The notes: generated by a model not told the origin, from the sequence alone. A stretch of DNA of 41,353 bases from Ignavibacteriales bacterium (GCA_037441705.1 JBBIRR010000035.1:1-41353), one strand, 5' to 3'. Positions 8,416-27,305 are shown, counted from the stretch's first letter. Numbers and translations: made by a program.

Positions 8416-9294
8416 CTATCGGGCTAACGCCCGCAGGTGGTCAGCCACTTCCTGCGCCTTCCACTCATTCCCTTGAATCACCTTGCTGATTCTTCCGTCC
8501 GCGTCCAGAATGACGGTTCGCAGGTTGTGCGCAATGAGGCCGCCCTCGTCGTTCTCGTAGGTTAGGCCAAGTCCGTCGGCAAGCTTCATAATGGTTTTGC
8601 CTGAAGTGTCAGGGTCGGTCACGAAGTCCCACGACCTGAAGTCGGCCCCATAGCTCCTGCCGTACTCCTTCAGCACCCGCGGCGAGTCGAACCTCGGATC
8701 GAAGCTGATCGTGATGAGATGCCATTTGTTCGTTAGGGAAGGGTCGGAGGCGAGAAGCTTCTGTACCCTTGCGAAGTTGTTGCTCATGAGGATGCAATAG
8801 TCGGGAAGGGGGCAGCGAGTATAAATGAACGTGAGGGCGACGGCTTTGCCCTTGAAGTCGCTGAAGCGGATGCGTCGCCCGTCCTGGTTAATGTAGGCAT
8901 CGTCTGGAAGCCTGTCGCCGACCTTGAGCATGCGTGCCATGATGGCCCCGGCAACAAGCTCGGGGTCTTCCGGCTCACCCTTTCCTACAACGGTGATGGC
9001 CTCCAGCCAGCTTTCAGTACGCGAGACAGCTAAAGTAGCGGTAATCGAATCTCCCACCTGGAGGTCATGAAGCAAAGCCCGGTTCTTAACTTTGAAGGGC
9101 ATCGTCATAGCCATCATATAGTTGGGGATTTCTTCGTGAGCAACCATTACTCGGTTTCGTGCAGTGTCGATTTCCACCACCATACCCTTCAGCGGGAAGG
9201 TGACCAGATCGACCGGTTTCTCCTGGTTCCTGGTGCATGAGCCGAAGAATAAGGCGAGTATAGTCAAGGAAATCGCAGGTACGAGGTTTCGCAT
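8416..9294 (-). CDS. Lipoprotein fusing a CusF-like copper-binding domain to a SCO1/SenC domain
   Basis: MRNLVPAISLTILALFFGSC lipobox; AHEEIPNYMMAMTMPF (CusF-like His/Met site); FIYTRCPLPDYC, ISFDPRFD, IAHNLRT (SCO Cys pair plus His). The track start at 9552 is too far upstream. Confidence 0.85.
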   Translation of the reverse strand: MRNLVPAISLTILALFFGSCTRNQEKPVDLVTFPLKGMVVEIDTARNRVMVAHEEIPNYMMAMTMPFKVKNRALLHDLQVGDSITATLAVSRTESWLEAITVVGKGEPEDPELVAGAIMARMLKVGDRLPDDAYINQDGRRIRFSDFKGKAVALTFIYTRCPLPDYCILMSNNFARVQKLLASDPSLTNKWHLITISFDPRFDSPRVLKEYGRSYGADFRSWDFVTDPDTSGKTIMKLADGLGLTYENDEGGLIAHNLRTVILDADGRISKVIQGNEWKAQEVADHLRALAR

Positions 9295-9303
9295 CTTGGA
9301 CCA

Positions 9304-9333
9304 TCCTATCATCTTGACAAGAAAATGATAGGA
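9304..9333. promoter_or_regulatory. Perfect 9-bp inverted repeat directly upstream of the CusF-SCO start
   Basis: TCCTATCAT-N12-ATGATAGGA. Function is inferred, not shown. Confidence 0.5.
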
Positions 9334-9422
9334 AATAATCGGAAGATATTGAAGGAGGAAGAAAGGGGTGGGCATGAACAAAATTTCATGTGGGAACGGC
9401 ATGTCGAGGCAGGGCTTAAGGA

Positions 9423-9450
9423 TTGACTCTAAGAGCAAATTTCGTATATT
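9423..9450 (+). promoter_or_regulatory. Putative sigma70-type promoter of the tRNA / rpmG-secE-nusG transcript
   Basis: TTGACT-N16-TATATT in an AT-rich gap about 140 nt upstream of the first tRNA. Confidence 0.6.
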
Positions 9451-9591
9451 TATTTGCTCAAGAATTATCGCATTCTCGTGAACCCTTCCTTCGGCAAGCC
9501 CGTTTGTGTTTCTGAGTAGGAAGGGAATCTCTGTCCAAACACGCTGGCGCAAGCCCGGCGAGCTGCGTTGTCCGTGCTGCCAGCAACCATC

Positions 9592-9664
9592 GCTGGCGTA
9601 GCTCAGTTGGTAGAGCAGCTGACTTGTAATCAGCAGGTCACCAGTTCAAGTCTGGTCGCCAGCT
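9592..9664 (+). tRNA. tRNA-Thr(UGU)
   Basis: Cloverleaf; acceptor GCTGGCG/CGCCAGC, anticodon loop CT-TGT-AA, T-loop GTTCAAGT. Confidence 0.97.
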
Positions 9665-9683
9665 CAAAAGAACGGTAGAAGGA

Positions 9684-9767
9684 GGGCAGGTGGCGGAGTG
9701 GTCAATCGCACCAGACTGTAAATCTGGCGACCTTCGGTCTTCGGTGGTTCGAATCCATCCCTGCCCA
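9684..9767 (+). tRNA. tRNA-Tyr(GUA)
   Basis: Acceptor GGGCAGG/CCTGCCC, loop CT-GTA-AA, long variable arm GACC-TTC-GGTC, GTTCGAATC. Confidence 0.97.
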
Positions 9768-9774
9768 CCCTCAT

Positions 9775-9847
9775 GCGGGAGTAACTCAGTTGGTAGAGTC
9801 ACAGCCTTCCAAGCTGTTGGTCGCGGGTTCGAGTCCCGTCTCCCGCT
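9775..9847 (+). tRNA. tRNA-Gly(UCC)
   Basis: Acceptor GCGGGAG/CTCCCGC, loop CT-TCC-AA, GTTCGAGTC. Confidence 0.97.
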
Positions 9848-9859
9848 CGGACGCGAAGC

Positions 9860-9932
<73 letters not shown>

Positions 9933-9967
9933 CGAACAGGAGTTTTCACAAGTACGGAGTTGTGATC

Positions 9968-10117
9968 GTGCGAGACATCATTACCCTGGAGTGTTCCGAG
10001 TGCAAGCGCAGGAACTACACGACCACCAAGAACAAGAAAAAGCAAAGCGGCCGTGTCGAGTATAAGAAGTACTGCCGGTTTTGTGGAAAGCATACTCCCC
10101 ACAAGGAGACAAAGTAG
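9968..10117 (+). CDS. rpmG: 50S ribosomal protein L33 (zinc-binding form)
   Basis: [24 protein letters not shown]...[17 protein letters not shown], 49 aa, GTG start after GGAG. Confidence 0.96.
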   Translation: MRDIITLECSECKRRNYTTTKNKKKQSGRVEYKKYCRFCGKHTPHKETK

Positions 10118-10229
10118 GAAGCGTGTGTGAGGGTGTACGACGAGTAGTCCCTCCTTCGTTGCACTGCGTCAGCTTCACGGGCAAAGAAAACGACAACCTC
10201 GCCACGGCATCGGCGGCGCAGAATACTCT

Positions 10230-10303
10230 ACGTGAGTAGCTCAATTGGCTAGAGCAGCGGTCTCCAAAACCGCAGGTTGGGGGTTCGAGTCCCTCCTCAC
10301 GTG
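10230..10303 (+). tRNA. tRNA-Trp(CCA)
   Basis: Acceptor ACGTGAG/CTCACGT, loop CT-CCA-AA, GTTCGAGTC; usual position before secE. Confidence 0.97.
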
Positions 10304-10366
10304 CAAGCATCGAGGATCATCGTCAGCCATCACCTATTACCTCAGCCATCGCGGAAGACGAAGGAT

Positions 10367-10552
10367 ATGAAAGAAAAGATCATTGCATTCTTCGAAGACG
10401 TCGTCAAGGAGATGAAGAAGGTCACCTGGCCCAAGAAAGACGATCTGCGTGACTCGACGATCGTCGTTCTTGTGGTCTGCCTTGTCGTTGCCGGCTTCGT
10501 GTACGTTGTTGACCAGCTCTTAAGTCTGGGTCTCAAATACTTCTTAGGATAA
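10367..10552 (+). CDS. secE: Preprotein translocase subunit SecE
   Basis: EMKKVTWP motif plus one transmembrane helix; AAGGA SD; precedes nusG. Confidence 0.95.
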   Translation: MKEKIIAFFEDVVKEMKKVTWPKKDDLRDSTIVVLVVCLVVAGFVYVVDQLLSLGLKYFLG

Positions 10553-10553
10553 T

Positions 10554-11090
10554 GTGTTGGAAAAGAAATGGTACGTGGTCCGCACGTATTCGGGTCACGA
10601 AAATAAAGTGAAGGCCTACATCGAGAACGAGATTGCGCAGGCAGGGCTGAGCGACCGGGTCGGTTCGGTCATCGTCCCGTCGGAGAAGGTGTTCGAGGTG
10701 AAGGATGGAAAGAAACGCAGCAAGACGCGGACGTTCTTTCCCGGCTACATTCTGGTGGAAGCCGCGCTCGACACGCAGACGATGCACATCATTTTGAATA
10801 CCCCCTCGGTCATCAGCTTCGTCGGGCCGAAGAATGCTCCGGCTCCGTTGCAGCCGGCCGAGGTCAAGCGACTCATCGGCAAGATTGAAGCGAAGAAGGA
10901 CGTCGAGGTTTTGGAAGTCCCGTTCAAAGTCGGCGATGCCGTGAAAGTGACCGATGGACCGTTCAACAACTTCACGGGCTTCGTGCAGGAAGTGAACGAA
11001 GAAAAAATGAAGCTGAAGGTAATGGTCTCGATTTTTGGACGTAAGACTCCTGTCGAGCTTGACTTCAGTCAGGTGGAAGCAGAAAAGTAA
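10554..11090 (+). CDS. nusG: Transcription termination/antitermination factor NusG
   Basis: KWYVVRTYSGHENKVK, FPGYILV, KOW motif VTDGPF, VSIFGRKTPVEL. Start GTG 10554 or TTG 10557. Confidence 0.98.
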   Translation: MLEKKWYVVRTYSGHENKVKAYIENEIAQAGLSDRVGSVIVPSEKVFEVKDGKKRSKTRTFFPGYILVEAALDTQTMHIILNTPSVISFVGPKNAPAPLQPAEVKRLIGKIEAKKDVEVLEVPFKVGDAVKVTDGPFNNFTGFVQEVNEEKMKLKVMVSIFGRKTPVELDFSQVEAEK

Positions 11091-11119
11091 ATACTCATTG
11101 TTCGTAGGAAGACAGTGTC

Positions 11120-11542
11120 ATGAAAAAGATCACGGGCTATGTGAAGTTGCAGATTCCGGCAGGGCAAGCGAACCCTGCACCGCCTGTGGGTCCGGCTCTC
11201 GGCCAGAAGGGCGTGAACATTATGGAGTTCTGCAAGCAGTTCAACGCGCGCACGCAAGCGCAAGCAGGACTCATCATTCCCGTCGTCATCACGGTATATT
11301 CGGATAAGTCGTTCACGTTCGTCACCAAAACGCCACCGGCCTCGGTCTTGTTAGCGAAGGCGGCAAAGGTCGAGAAGGGTTCCGCGGAGCCGAACCGAGT
11401 GAAAGTCGGCAAGGTGACGTCGCAACAGGTTCGTGAGATTGCCGAGTTGAAAATGCCCGACCTGAACGCGGCAAGCATCGAGGCAGCAATGAGTATGGTT
11501 GCCGGCACGGCGCGTTCGATGGGCATTGTTGTAGAAGGATAA
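11120..11542 (+). CDS. rplK: 50S ribosomal protein L11
   Basis: [30 protein letters not shown]. Confidence 0.99.
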   Translation: MKKITGYVKLQIPAGQANPAPPVGPALGQKGVNIMEFCKQFNARTQAQAGLIIPVVITVYSDKSFTFVTKTPPASVLLAKAAKVEKGSAEPNRVKVGKVTSQQVREIAELKMPDLNAASIEAAMSMVAGTARSMGIVVEG

Positions 11543-11567
11543 TCAAAGAACTGCATGGTACACTAAC

Positions 11568-11600
11568 GTGGGAGTCTGTACCGCCAGACGCATGAACCAC
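11568..11600 (+). promoter_or_regulatory. Putative L1-binding autoregulatory RNA element upstream of rplA
   Basis: GTGG-GA-GTCTG-TACCGC-CAGAC-GCATGAA-CCAC: two helices around an asymmetric internal loop, resembling the 23S L1 site, immediately before the AAGGAG SD. Confidence 0.7.
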
Positions 11601-11613
11601 AAGGAGAACTACA

Positions 11614-12309
11614 GTGAAACAGAGTAAGAGATTCAGAGCTGCTGCGGCAAAGATCGACCGCACGAAACAATATACGATTGAGGAAGCGATTGCGAAGGTC
11701 AAGGAGACCGCATCGGCGAAGTTTGTCGAGTCGGTTGATATCGCCGTGAGGCTTGGCGTTGATCCGAAGAAGGCCGACCAGGCTGTGCGCGGAACGGTGG
11801 CACTGCCTCATGGCATCGGTCGAGCCGTGCGCGTGTTGGTGCTTGCCAAGCCCCCGCGCGATGAAGAAGCAAAAGCCGCAGGCGCAGACTATGCCGGCTT
11901 CACCGAGTACATCCAACAGATTCAAGGAGGGTGGGCGGACGTTGACGTGATTATTGCGACGCCTGATGTGATGGGCGAAGTCGGAAAGCTCGGCAAAATC
12001 CTCGGACCGCGCGGCTTGATGCCAAACCCGAAAAGCGGAACGGTGACGATGGACGTTGCCAAAGCAGTCAAGGAAGTGAAGGCGGGCAAGATCGAGTTTC
12101 GTGTCGATAAGGCCGGCATTGTGCATGCCACCATCGGCAAGGTGAATTTCGATGCGAGGCAACTGGCGGAAAATATTCAGGCCTTCTTGAGCACGGTCGT
12201 TCGACTGAAGCCCGCGTCGGCGAAGGGAACGTATGTGAAATCGATTGCACTTTCCAGCACGATGGGGCCGGGAGTGAAAATCGACCGCAACCAGGTTGCG
12301 GTTCATTGA
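11614..12309 (+). CDS. rplA: 50S ribosomal protein L1
   Basis: [27 protein letters not shown]; GTG start. Confidence 0.99.
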   Translation: MKQSKRFRAAAAKIDRTKQYTIEEAIAKVKETASAKFVESVDIAVRLGVDPKKADQAVRGTVALPHGIGRAVRVLVLAKPPRDEEAKAAGADYAGFTEYIQQIQGGWADVDVIIATPDVMGEVGKLGKILGPRGLMPNPKSGTVTMDVAKAVKEVKAGKIEFRVDKAGIVHATIGKVNFDARQLAENIQAFLSTVVRLKPASAKGTYVKSIALSSTMGPGVKIDRNQVAVH

Positions 12310-12438
12310 CAAAGAATGTTACGCACTCAAACCACACACTCTGTCCATTGCCATGATCGGTCTCCCGAGACATGGGCTTCTCTCTGGACAATCACGAAGA
12401 CGCTACGCAGTTCGAAACGTACGTCGTAGAGGAGGACA

Positions 12439-12960
12439 ATGAAACGGTCAGAAAAAGAACACATCGTTGCCGAGGTAGCGGAGACCGCTGCGCGTGCGTC
12501 GGCGATGTACTTCACGGACTTTACCGGACTGACGGTGGAGCAGGAGACGGAGTTGCGTCGTGAGTTACGCAAGGCCGGCGTTCAGTATCGCGTCGTGAAG
12601 AACACGCTGATCAAGAAAGCGCTTGATCAGCTTTCGGGCTACGACAAGGTGTTTGAGAAGCTTGTCGGGCCTACGGGCGTTGCCTTCGCGTTCGACGATG
12701 CCGTTGTCCCGGCGAAGGTCATCGACAAATTCATCGCGAAGCATCAAAAGCTCGCGCTGAAGGCGGCGGTGCTCGAAAAGCAGGTGTACGATGGCGCGAA
12801 GCTGAAAGAACTCGCTCAGCTTCCGTCGAAGAAGGATATGATGGCAAGCATTCTCGGCAGCATCCAGGCCCCGCTTGCCGGAGTGCCGACGGTCATCAAT
12901 GCGGTCATGCGTGACCTCGTCAGCGTTATAGATCAATTGTCACAGAAGAAAGCTGCATAG
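12439..12960 (+). CDS. rplJ: 50S ribosomal protein L10
   Basis: GLTV...LRRELR...VVKNTL, LVGPT, LAQLPS; between rplA and rplL. Confidence 0.97.
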   Translation: MKRSEKEHIVAEVAETAARASAMYFTDFTGLTVEQETELRRELRKAGVQYRVVKNTLIKKALDQLSGYDKVFEKLVGPTGVAFAFDDAVVPAKVIDKFIAKHQKLALKAAVLEKQVYDGAKLKELAQLPSKKDMMASILGSIQAPLAGVPTVINAVMRDLVSVIDQLSQKKAA

Positions 12961-13010
12961 GCTCTCTTCCGGAACTCGTATTTGTTCATTATTACACAGG
13001 AGAATCATTC

Positions 13011-13397
13011 ATGTCAGCAGTAGCAGAGATTGTCGAAAGAATCGAGAAGCTCACCCTCCTCGAAGCAGTGGAGCTGAAGAAGGCGCTGGAAGAGAAATTC
13101 GGCGTGACGGCAGCAGCCCCCGTGGTGATGGGCGGCGTGATGCCGGGCGCAGCCGGCGGCGGTGCGGCAGCCGCAGCGGAGGAGAAGACGGAGTTCAACG
13201 TTGTGCTGAAGGAAGCCGGTGCACAGAAGATTAACGTCATCAAAGTCGTGCGTGCGGCAACAGGCCTCGGTCTGAAGGAGGCCAAGGACTTGGTTGACGG
13301 GGCGCCGAAGACCGTGAAGGAAGGCTTGCCGAAGGCCGATGCAGAGAAACTGAAGAAAGAGCTTGAGGAAGCAGGAGCGAAAGTCGAGTTGCAATAA
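13011..13397 (+). CDS. rplL: 50S ribosomal protein L7/L12
   Basis: [37 protein letters not shown]. Confidence 0.99.
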   Translation: MSAVAEIVERIEKLTLLEAVELKKALEEKFGVTAAAPVVMGGVMPGAAGGGAAAAAEEKTEFNVVLKEAGAQKINVIKVVRAATGLGLKEAKDLVDGAPKTVKEGLPKADAEKLKKELEEAGAKVELQ

Positions 13398-13416
13398 GTT
13401 CCTGTGGTGTGGGTGA

Positions 13417-13452
13417 CCGTCCCGCGGTGTGTCGCGGGACGGCAGTTTGTTC
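13417..13452 (+). terminator. Strong hairpin after rplL (attenuator-like)
   Basis: CCGTCCCGCG-GTGTGT-CGCGGGACGG perfect 10-bp stem followed by CAGTTTGTT (imperfect U tract). Confidence 0.5.
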
Positions 13453-13637
13453 GGTTGGTGCGGCGAGTGAACAAGCCGCGAAGCTTTCATCAATAAGAAT
13501 GGCCTCGGCGTGAACGTACCTTTTGCAGACAGCATCTCAGCCGATAATGCGGAGCTTCCGATTATCGGCTTGCGCTTTCTTGGTCGCGCCGTGGGGTGGG
13601 TTATCAATTTATCATTACAACGTAAGGAGTGGTGCTC

Positions 13638-17399
<3,762 letters not shown>

Positions 17400-17467
17400 G
17401 GCGGCAACGCTGCACGCCGCGGTGGCGCGCAGCGAACGTACCATGAGATTTGTATGGAGGAGTATCC

Positions 17468-21760
<4,293 letters not shown>

Positions 21761-21814
21761 CACCGCCGCAGATGTGGGTTAAGATTTTCTAATCCCCGCG
21801 GGATTTTGTGATTA

Positions 21815-21843
21815 TTGACATTCTACGGGGGTGTTTGTATCTT
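21815..21843 (+). promoter_or_regulatory. Sigma70-type promoter of the str operon
   Basis: TTGACA-N17-TATCTT, about 50 nt upstream of rpsL. Confidence 0.75.
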
Positions 21844-21894
21844 TAGAAACTCTGAGTTTGCGTTTCCGCACAAGATAACCTAACGGAGAACTGT

Positions 21895-22269
21895 TTGCCA
21901 ACGATCAATCAACTGGTCCGCAGGGGCCGCAAGAAGGTTACGTACAAGAGCAAGGCTCCGGCCATGGACAGATGCCCGCAGAAGCGCGGCGTCTGTACGC
22001 GTGTGTACACGACGACGCCGAAAAAGCCGAACTCGGCGCTTCGGAAAGTCGCCCGTGTTCGCCTGACGAACGGTGTTGAAGTAACGGCGTACATTCCCGG
22101 CGAGGGGCACAACCTGCAAGAACACTCCCTCGTGATGATTCGCGGCGGACGTGTGAAGGACCTGCCGGGGGTCCGTTACCACATCATTCGCGGGACGCTC
22201 GATACGGCCGGTGTTGCCGACCGCAAGCAGGGGCGTTCGAAGTACGGCGCAAAGAAAGCTAAGACATAA
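21895..22269 (+). CDS. rpsL: 30S ribosomal protein S12
   Basis: [31 protein letters not shown]; TTG start. Confidence 0.99.
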   Translation: MPTINQLVRRGRKKVTYKSKAPAMDRCPQKRGVCTRVYTTTPKKPNSALRKVARVRLTNGVEVTAYIPGEGHNLQEHSLVMIRGGRVKDLPGVRYHIIRGTLDTAGVADRKQGRSKYGAKKAKT

Positions 22270-22287
22270 CGTAGACAGAACACTGCA

Positions 22288-22755
22288 GTGAGAAAGAAAC
22301 GAGCAGAAAAACGTCCGGTTCCCCCGGACCCAAAATACAATGACGTTCTCGTCTCCCAATTCATCAACTCGGTGATGAAGCGGGGGTTGAAGCACAAAGC
22401 TCGCCGCATCGTCTATGATGCTCTTGAGCTGGTTGAACAGCGAACAAAAACTCCGGGGCTGGAGGTGTTCCGCAAAGCCCTCAATAATGCGCGACCGGTT
22501 CTGGAGGTGCGCGCCCGGCGTGTCGGCGGTGCCACGTACCAGGTGCCGACCGAAGTCCGGCAGGAACGCAGCATCGCGTTAGCCATTCGCTGGCTTATCA
22601 CGTATGCCGGCGAGCGCAAGGACAAGTCTATGTCTCAGAAGCTGGCGGCAGAGTTCATTGCTGCATCCAACGGGGAAGGCAGCACGATTAAGAAGAAGGA
22701 AGATGTCCACAAGATGGCGGAGGCAAACAAAGCGTTTGCCCACTTCAAGTGGTAA
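22288..22755 (+). CDS. rpsG: 30S ribosomal protein S7
   Basis: RRVGGATYQVP, HKMAEANKAFAHF; GTG start. Confidence 0.99.
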   Translation: MRKKRAEKRPVPPDPKYNDVLVSQFINSVMKRGLKHKARRIVYDALELVEQRTKTPGLEVFRKALNNARPVLEVRARRVGGATYQVPTEVRQERSIALAIRWLITYAGERKDKSMSQKLAAEFIAASNGEGSTIKKKEDVHKMAEANKAFAHFKW

Positions 22756-22782
22756 TGATGTTGGGAGTGAAGATTCGAGTTT

Positions 22783-24882
22783 ATGCCACGACAATATCCA
22801 TTAGAACGAACACGTAACATCGGAATCAGTGCCCACATCGACGCGGGCAAAACGACGACCACCGAGCGCATCCTCTTTTTTACCGGAGTGGTGCACCGAA
22901 TCGGCGAAGTCCACGACGGCGCTGCAACGATGGACTGGATGGAGCAGGAGAAAGAACGCGGAATCACCATCACCTCCGCTGCAACCACCTGCTTCTGGAA
23001 CAATCATCGTATCAACATTATTGATACGCCGGGACACGTTGATTTCACGGCCGAGGTGGAGCGTTCGCTGCGCGTTCTCGACGGGGCGATCGCGTTGTTC
23101 TGCTCGGTCGGCGGTGTGGAGCCTCAATCCGAAACCGTGTGGCGCCAGATGGATAAGTACGGCGTCCCCCGGATTGCGTTCGTCAACAAGATGGATCGCG
23201 TGGGCGCGGACTTCCTCGGTTGCGTGCAGATGATGAAAGATCGTCTGGGTGCCAATGCCGTGCCGATTCAGCTGCCCGTCGGCGAGGGCGACATGTTTAC
23301 CGGGATTATCGACCTCGTGACGATGAAGGCTCGCATGTACAAAGATAGCACGGGCCAGAATTGGGAAGATATCGACATTCCCCACGATATGGAGGCCAAA
23401 GCTGCCGAGTGGCGAACGAAAATGCTCGAAGCTGTCTCCGATGAAGACGACACGCTGTTGGAGAAGTATCTCGAGGGGAAGGAAATCACCCCGAAAGAAA
23501 TCATGGCCGTGCTGCGTCGTGCGACGCTGAAGGTCAGCATCATTCCTGTGTTGTGCGGCTCTTCGTTCAAGAACAAAGGTGTGCAGAAGTTGCTCGACGC
23601 GGTCGTTGACTATCTTCCATCGCCGCTGGACTTGAACGAAGGGAAGGTGTGGGGTCATCACATCAATATGAATGACCACATCGCGCGCAACGTGGACGAT
23701 AAGGAAAAGTTCAGCGCCCTCGCGTTCAAAATCATGACCGATCCGTTTGTCGGCAAGTTGACCTATTTCCGTGTGTACTCGGGGACGCTGAAGGCAGGCT
23801 CGTACGTCTATAATCCCGTTGCAGAAAAGAAAGAACGCATCAGCCGCATCCTGCGGATGCATGCGAACATGCGCGAAGATGTTGAGGAGGCGTACACGGG
23901 CGATATCTGTTCTGCGATCGGGTTGAAGTATACGAAGACGGGCGACACGCTGTGCGACGAGAGCGATCCTATTATCCTGGAGAAGATGACCTTCCCGGAG
24001 CCGGTCATTCACGTCGCCATCGAACCGAAAACCAAAGCCGATCAGGAGAAACTCGGCGAAGCTTTGAGCAAACTTTCGGAAGAAGACCCGACCTTCCGCG
24101 TTTCGACGAACGAGGAGACCGGCCAGACGATCATCAGCGGAATGGGTGAATTGCATCTGGAGATTATCGTCGATCGCATGCGGCGAGAGTTCCGCGTCGA
24201 GGCAAACATCGGCAAGCCGCAGGTGGCGTACAAGGAAACGATCCGCAAGAAAGTGCAGGCCGAAGGGAAGTTCGTCCGACAATCCGGCGGCCGCGGGCAG
24301 TTCGGCCACGTCTGGTTGGAAATTGAACCGAACGAGAAAGGCAAGGGCTTCGAATTCACCAATGCCATCGTCGGCGGCGTCATTCCGAAGGAATACATCA
24401 AGCCTGTAGAGCAGGGAGTGCTTGAAGCGATGAGGAATGGCGTACTTGCCGGCTACCCGATGGAGGATGTGAAGGTGAAACTGTTCGACGGCTCGTATCA
24501 TGAAGTCGATTCGTCGGAGATGGCCTTCAAGATCGCGGCGTCGATCGGGTTCAAAGAAGCAGCACGCCGAGCCGACCCGGTGCTGTTGGAACCGATCATG
24601 GAGGTCGAGGTCGTAACGCCGGAAGAGTACATGGGAGACGTGATGGGCGACCTGAACGCGCGCCGGGGCAAGATCGAGGGCATTACACCGCGCAAGGACG
24701 CGCAGGTGATCCGTGCCATGGTTCCCCTGTCGGAGATGTTCGGCTACTCCACAACGCTGCGTTCGATGAGCCAGGGCCGCGCCATTTACTCGATGGAGCT
24801 TTCGCATTACGACGAAGTCCCGCGCAGTGTTGCCGAGCAGATCATCGAAAAGGTCAAAGGCAAGGAAGCTGTTCCCGCATAA
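22783..24882 (+). CDS. fusA: Elongation factor G
   Basis: [38 protein letters not shown]. Confidence 0.99.
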   Translation: MPRQYPLERTRNIGISAHIDAGKTTTTERILFFTGVVHRIGEVHDGAATMDWMEQEKERGITITSAATTCFWNNHRINIIDTPGHVDFTAEVERSLRVLDGAIALFCSVGGVEPQSETVWRQMDKYGVPRIAFVNKMDRVGADFLGCVQMMKDRLGANAVPIQLPVGEGDMFTGIIDLVTMKARMYKDSTGQNWEDIDIPHDMEAKAAEWRTKMLEAVSDEDDTLLEKYLEGKEITPKEIMAVLRRATLKVSIIPVLCGSSFKNKGVQKLLDAVVDYLPSPLDLNEGKVWGHHINMNDHIARNVDDKEKFSALAFKIMTDPFVGKLTYFRVYSGTLKAGSYVYNPVAEKKERISRILRMHANMREDVEEAYTGDICSAIGLKYTKTGDTLCDESDPIILEKMTFPEPVIHVAIEPKTKADQEKLGEALSKLSEEDPTFRVSTNEETGQTIISGMGELHLEIIVDRMRREFRVEANIGKPQVAYKETIRKKVQAEGKFVRQSGGRGQFGHVWLEIEPNEKGKGFEFTNAIVGGVIPKEYIKPVEQGVLEAMRNGVLAGYPMEDVKVKLFDGSYHEVDSSEMAFKIAASIGFKEAARRADPVLLEPIMEVEVVTPEEYMGDVMGDLNARRGKIEGITPRKDAQVIRAMVPLSEMFGYSTTLRSMSQGRAIYSMELSHYDEVPRSVAEQIIEKVKGKEAVPA

Positions 24883-24936
24883 TCGTCATGAGAGCATAAT
24901 CATACACCATATCCTTACTTTTAGAGGAGAACACAA

Positions 24937-26148
<1,212 letters not shown>

Positions 26149-26155
26149 AATCATG

Positions 26156-26196
26156 GTGGTGGACTTCCGGCAGGAATTTCCACCACGGTTGTTTCT
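26156..26196 (+). terminator. Hairpin after tuf (weak terminator or stabiliser)
   Basis: GTGGTGGA/TCCACCAC outer stem and TTCC/GGAA inner stem, followed by GGTTGTTTCT. Confidence 0.5.
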
Positions 26197-26217
26197 GTAG
26201 AGTAAACGGAGTTCACA

Positions 26218-26526
26218 TTGGCCGGGCAAAAAATACGCATAAAGCTGAAGTCGTTCGACCACAACCTGATCGACAAGTCTGCGGAAAAAATCATCAAGAC
26301 GGTGAAGTCCACAGGCGCTGTGGTCTCAGGCCCGATCCCGTTACCCACGAAGCGTACGGTGTACACTGTGCTTCGATCTCCGCATGTTGACAAAAAGTCG
26401 AGGGAGCAATTCGAAACACGCGCCCACAAGCGTCTGATCGACATTCTCAACTCGACCAACAAGACGGTCGACTCCTTGATGAAACTCGATCTTCCCGCGG
26501 GAGTTGACGTCGAGATCAAAGTGTAA
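26218..26526 (+). CDS. rpsJ: 30S ribosomal protein S10
   Basis: [32 protein letters not shown]; TTG start. Confidence 0.99.
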   Translation: MAGQKIRIKLKSFDHNLIDKSAEKIIKTVKSTGAVVSGPIPLPTKRTVYTVLRSPHVDKKSREQFETRAHKRLIDILNSTNKTVDSLMKLDLPAGVDVEIKV

Positions 26527-26654
26527 CTCGTTTGACATGATGCTACGCTGAGACGTCTCGGCACCCGCAGGGTGCGGAACGGGCAGTCTGTGGACGGCGC
26601 AAGCGCCTGCGTGGTGGGCACAAGCGCGGAACGCATTTTTCTTGGGATGCTACT

Positions 26655-27287
26655 ATGACAGGATTGTTAGGAAAGAAAATCGGCATGACCAGCATCTTCG
26701 ACGATGCCGGTCAGGTTATTCCCTGCACGGTGATCGAAGCAGGACCCTGCTTCGTGACGCAGGTGAAGACCAGAGAACGCGACGGGTACGAGGCGGTGCA
26801 GTTGGGCTTCGACGAGAAGGACAACCGCCGCGTCAACAAACCTCAGGGCGGGCACTTCGCAAAGGCGAACACCAAGCCCATGCGTATTGTCCGCGAGTTT
26901 CGAGGCAACGGCGTGTCCAACGTTCAGCCGGGGCAGCAAATCAAAGTCGAAAACGTGTTTGCCAAAGGCGACACGGTTTCGGTTGTGGGAACCTCGAAAG
27001 GACGCGGCTTCCAAGGTGTTGTGAAGCGTCACCACTTCGGGGGCGGTTCGCGCACGCACGGACAGAGCGATCGTGAGCGCGCGCCCGGTTCAATCGGCTC
27101 TTCGTCCCATCCTTCGCGCGTCTTCAAAGGTTTGCGCATGGCGGGTCGCATGGGCGGTACGCGCGTCACCGTCCGCAACCTGAAAGTGGTCGGCATCATC
27201 CCGGATTCCAATCTCCTGTTGGTCAAAGGATCGGTTCCCGGAGCAGTCAACGGGTATGTCGAGATTCACAAAGTTGTGGCACACTAA
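26655..27287 (+). CDS. rplC: 50S ribosomal protein L3
   Basis: [28 protein letters not shown]. Confidence 0.99.
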   Translation: MTGLLGKKIGMTSIFDDAGQVIPCTVIEAGPCFVTQVKTRERDGYEAVQLGFDEKDNRRVNKPQGGHFAKANTKPMRIVREFRGNGVSNVQPGQQIKVENVFAKGDTVSVVGTSKGRGFQGVVKRHHFGGGSRTHGQSDRERAPGSIGSSSHPSRVFKGLRMAGRMGGTRVTVRNLKVVGIIPDSNLLLVKGSVPGAVNGYVEIHKVVAH

Positions 27288-27305
27288 GTATAGCACGAGC
27301 ACGAG

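Noticed and set aside
9314-9339. TTGACA...AATAAT as a + strand promoter
   Set aside because: The spacer is only 14 nt; the 9423-9450 candidate fits better.
9295-9552. 86-aa N-terminal extension of the SCO ORF in the track
   Set aside because: It crosses the AT-rich divergent promoter region; the lipoprotein signal peptide begins at ATG 9294.
12306-12334. TTGACA at the rplA stop (also at 26532) as internal promoters
   Set aside because: No credible -10 box at 16-18 nt spacing.
17400-17445. Hairpin CGCTGC...GCAGCG between rpoB and rpoC as a terminator
   Set aside because: No U tract, and rpoBC are normally co-transcribed; at most a stability element.
21895-22269. Streptomycin-resistance alleles in rpsL
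   Set aside because: The Lys42 (PKKPNS) and Lys87 (RVKDLP) equivalents are wild type.
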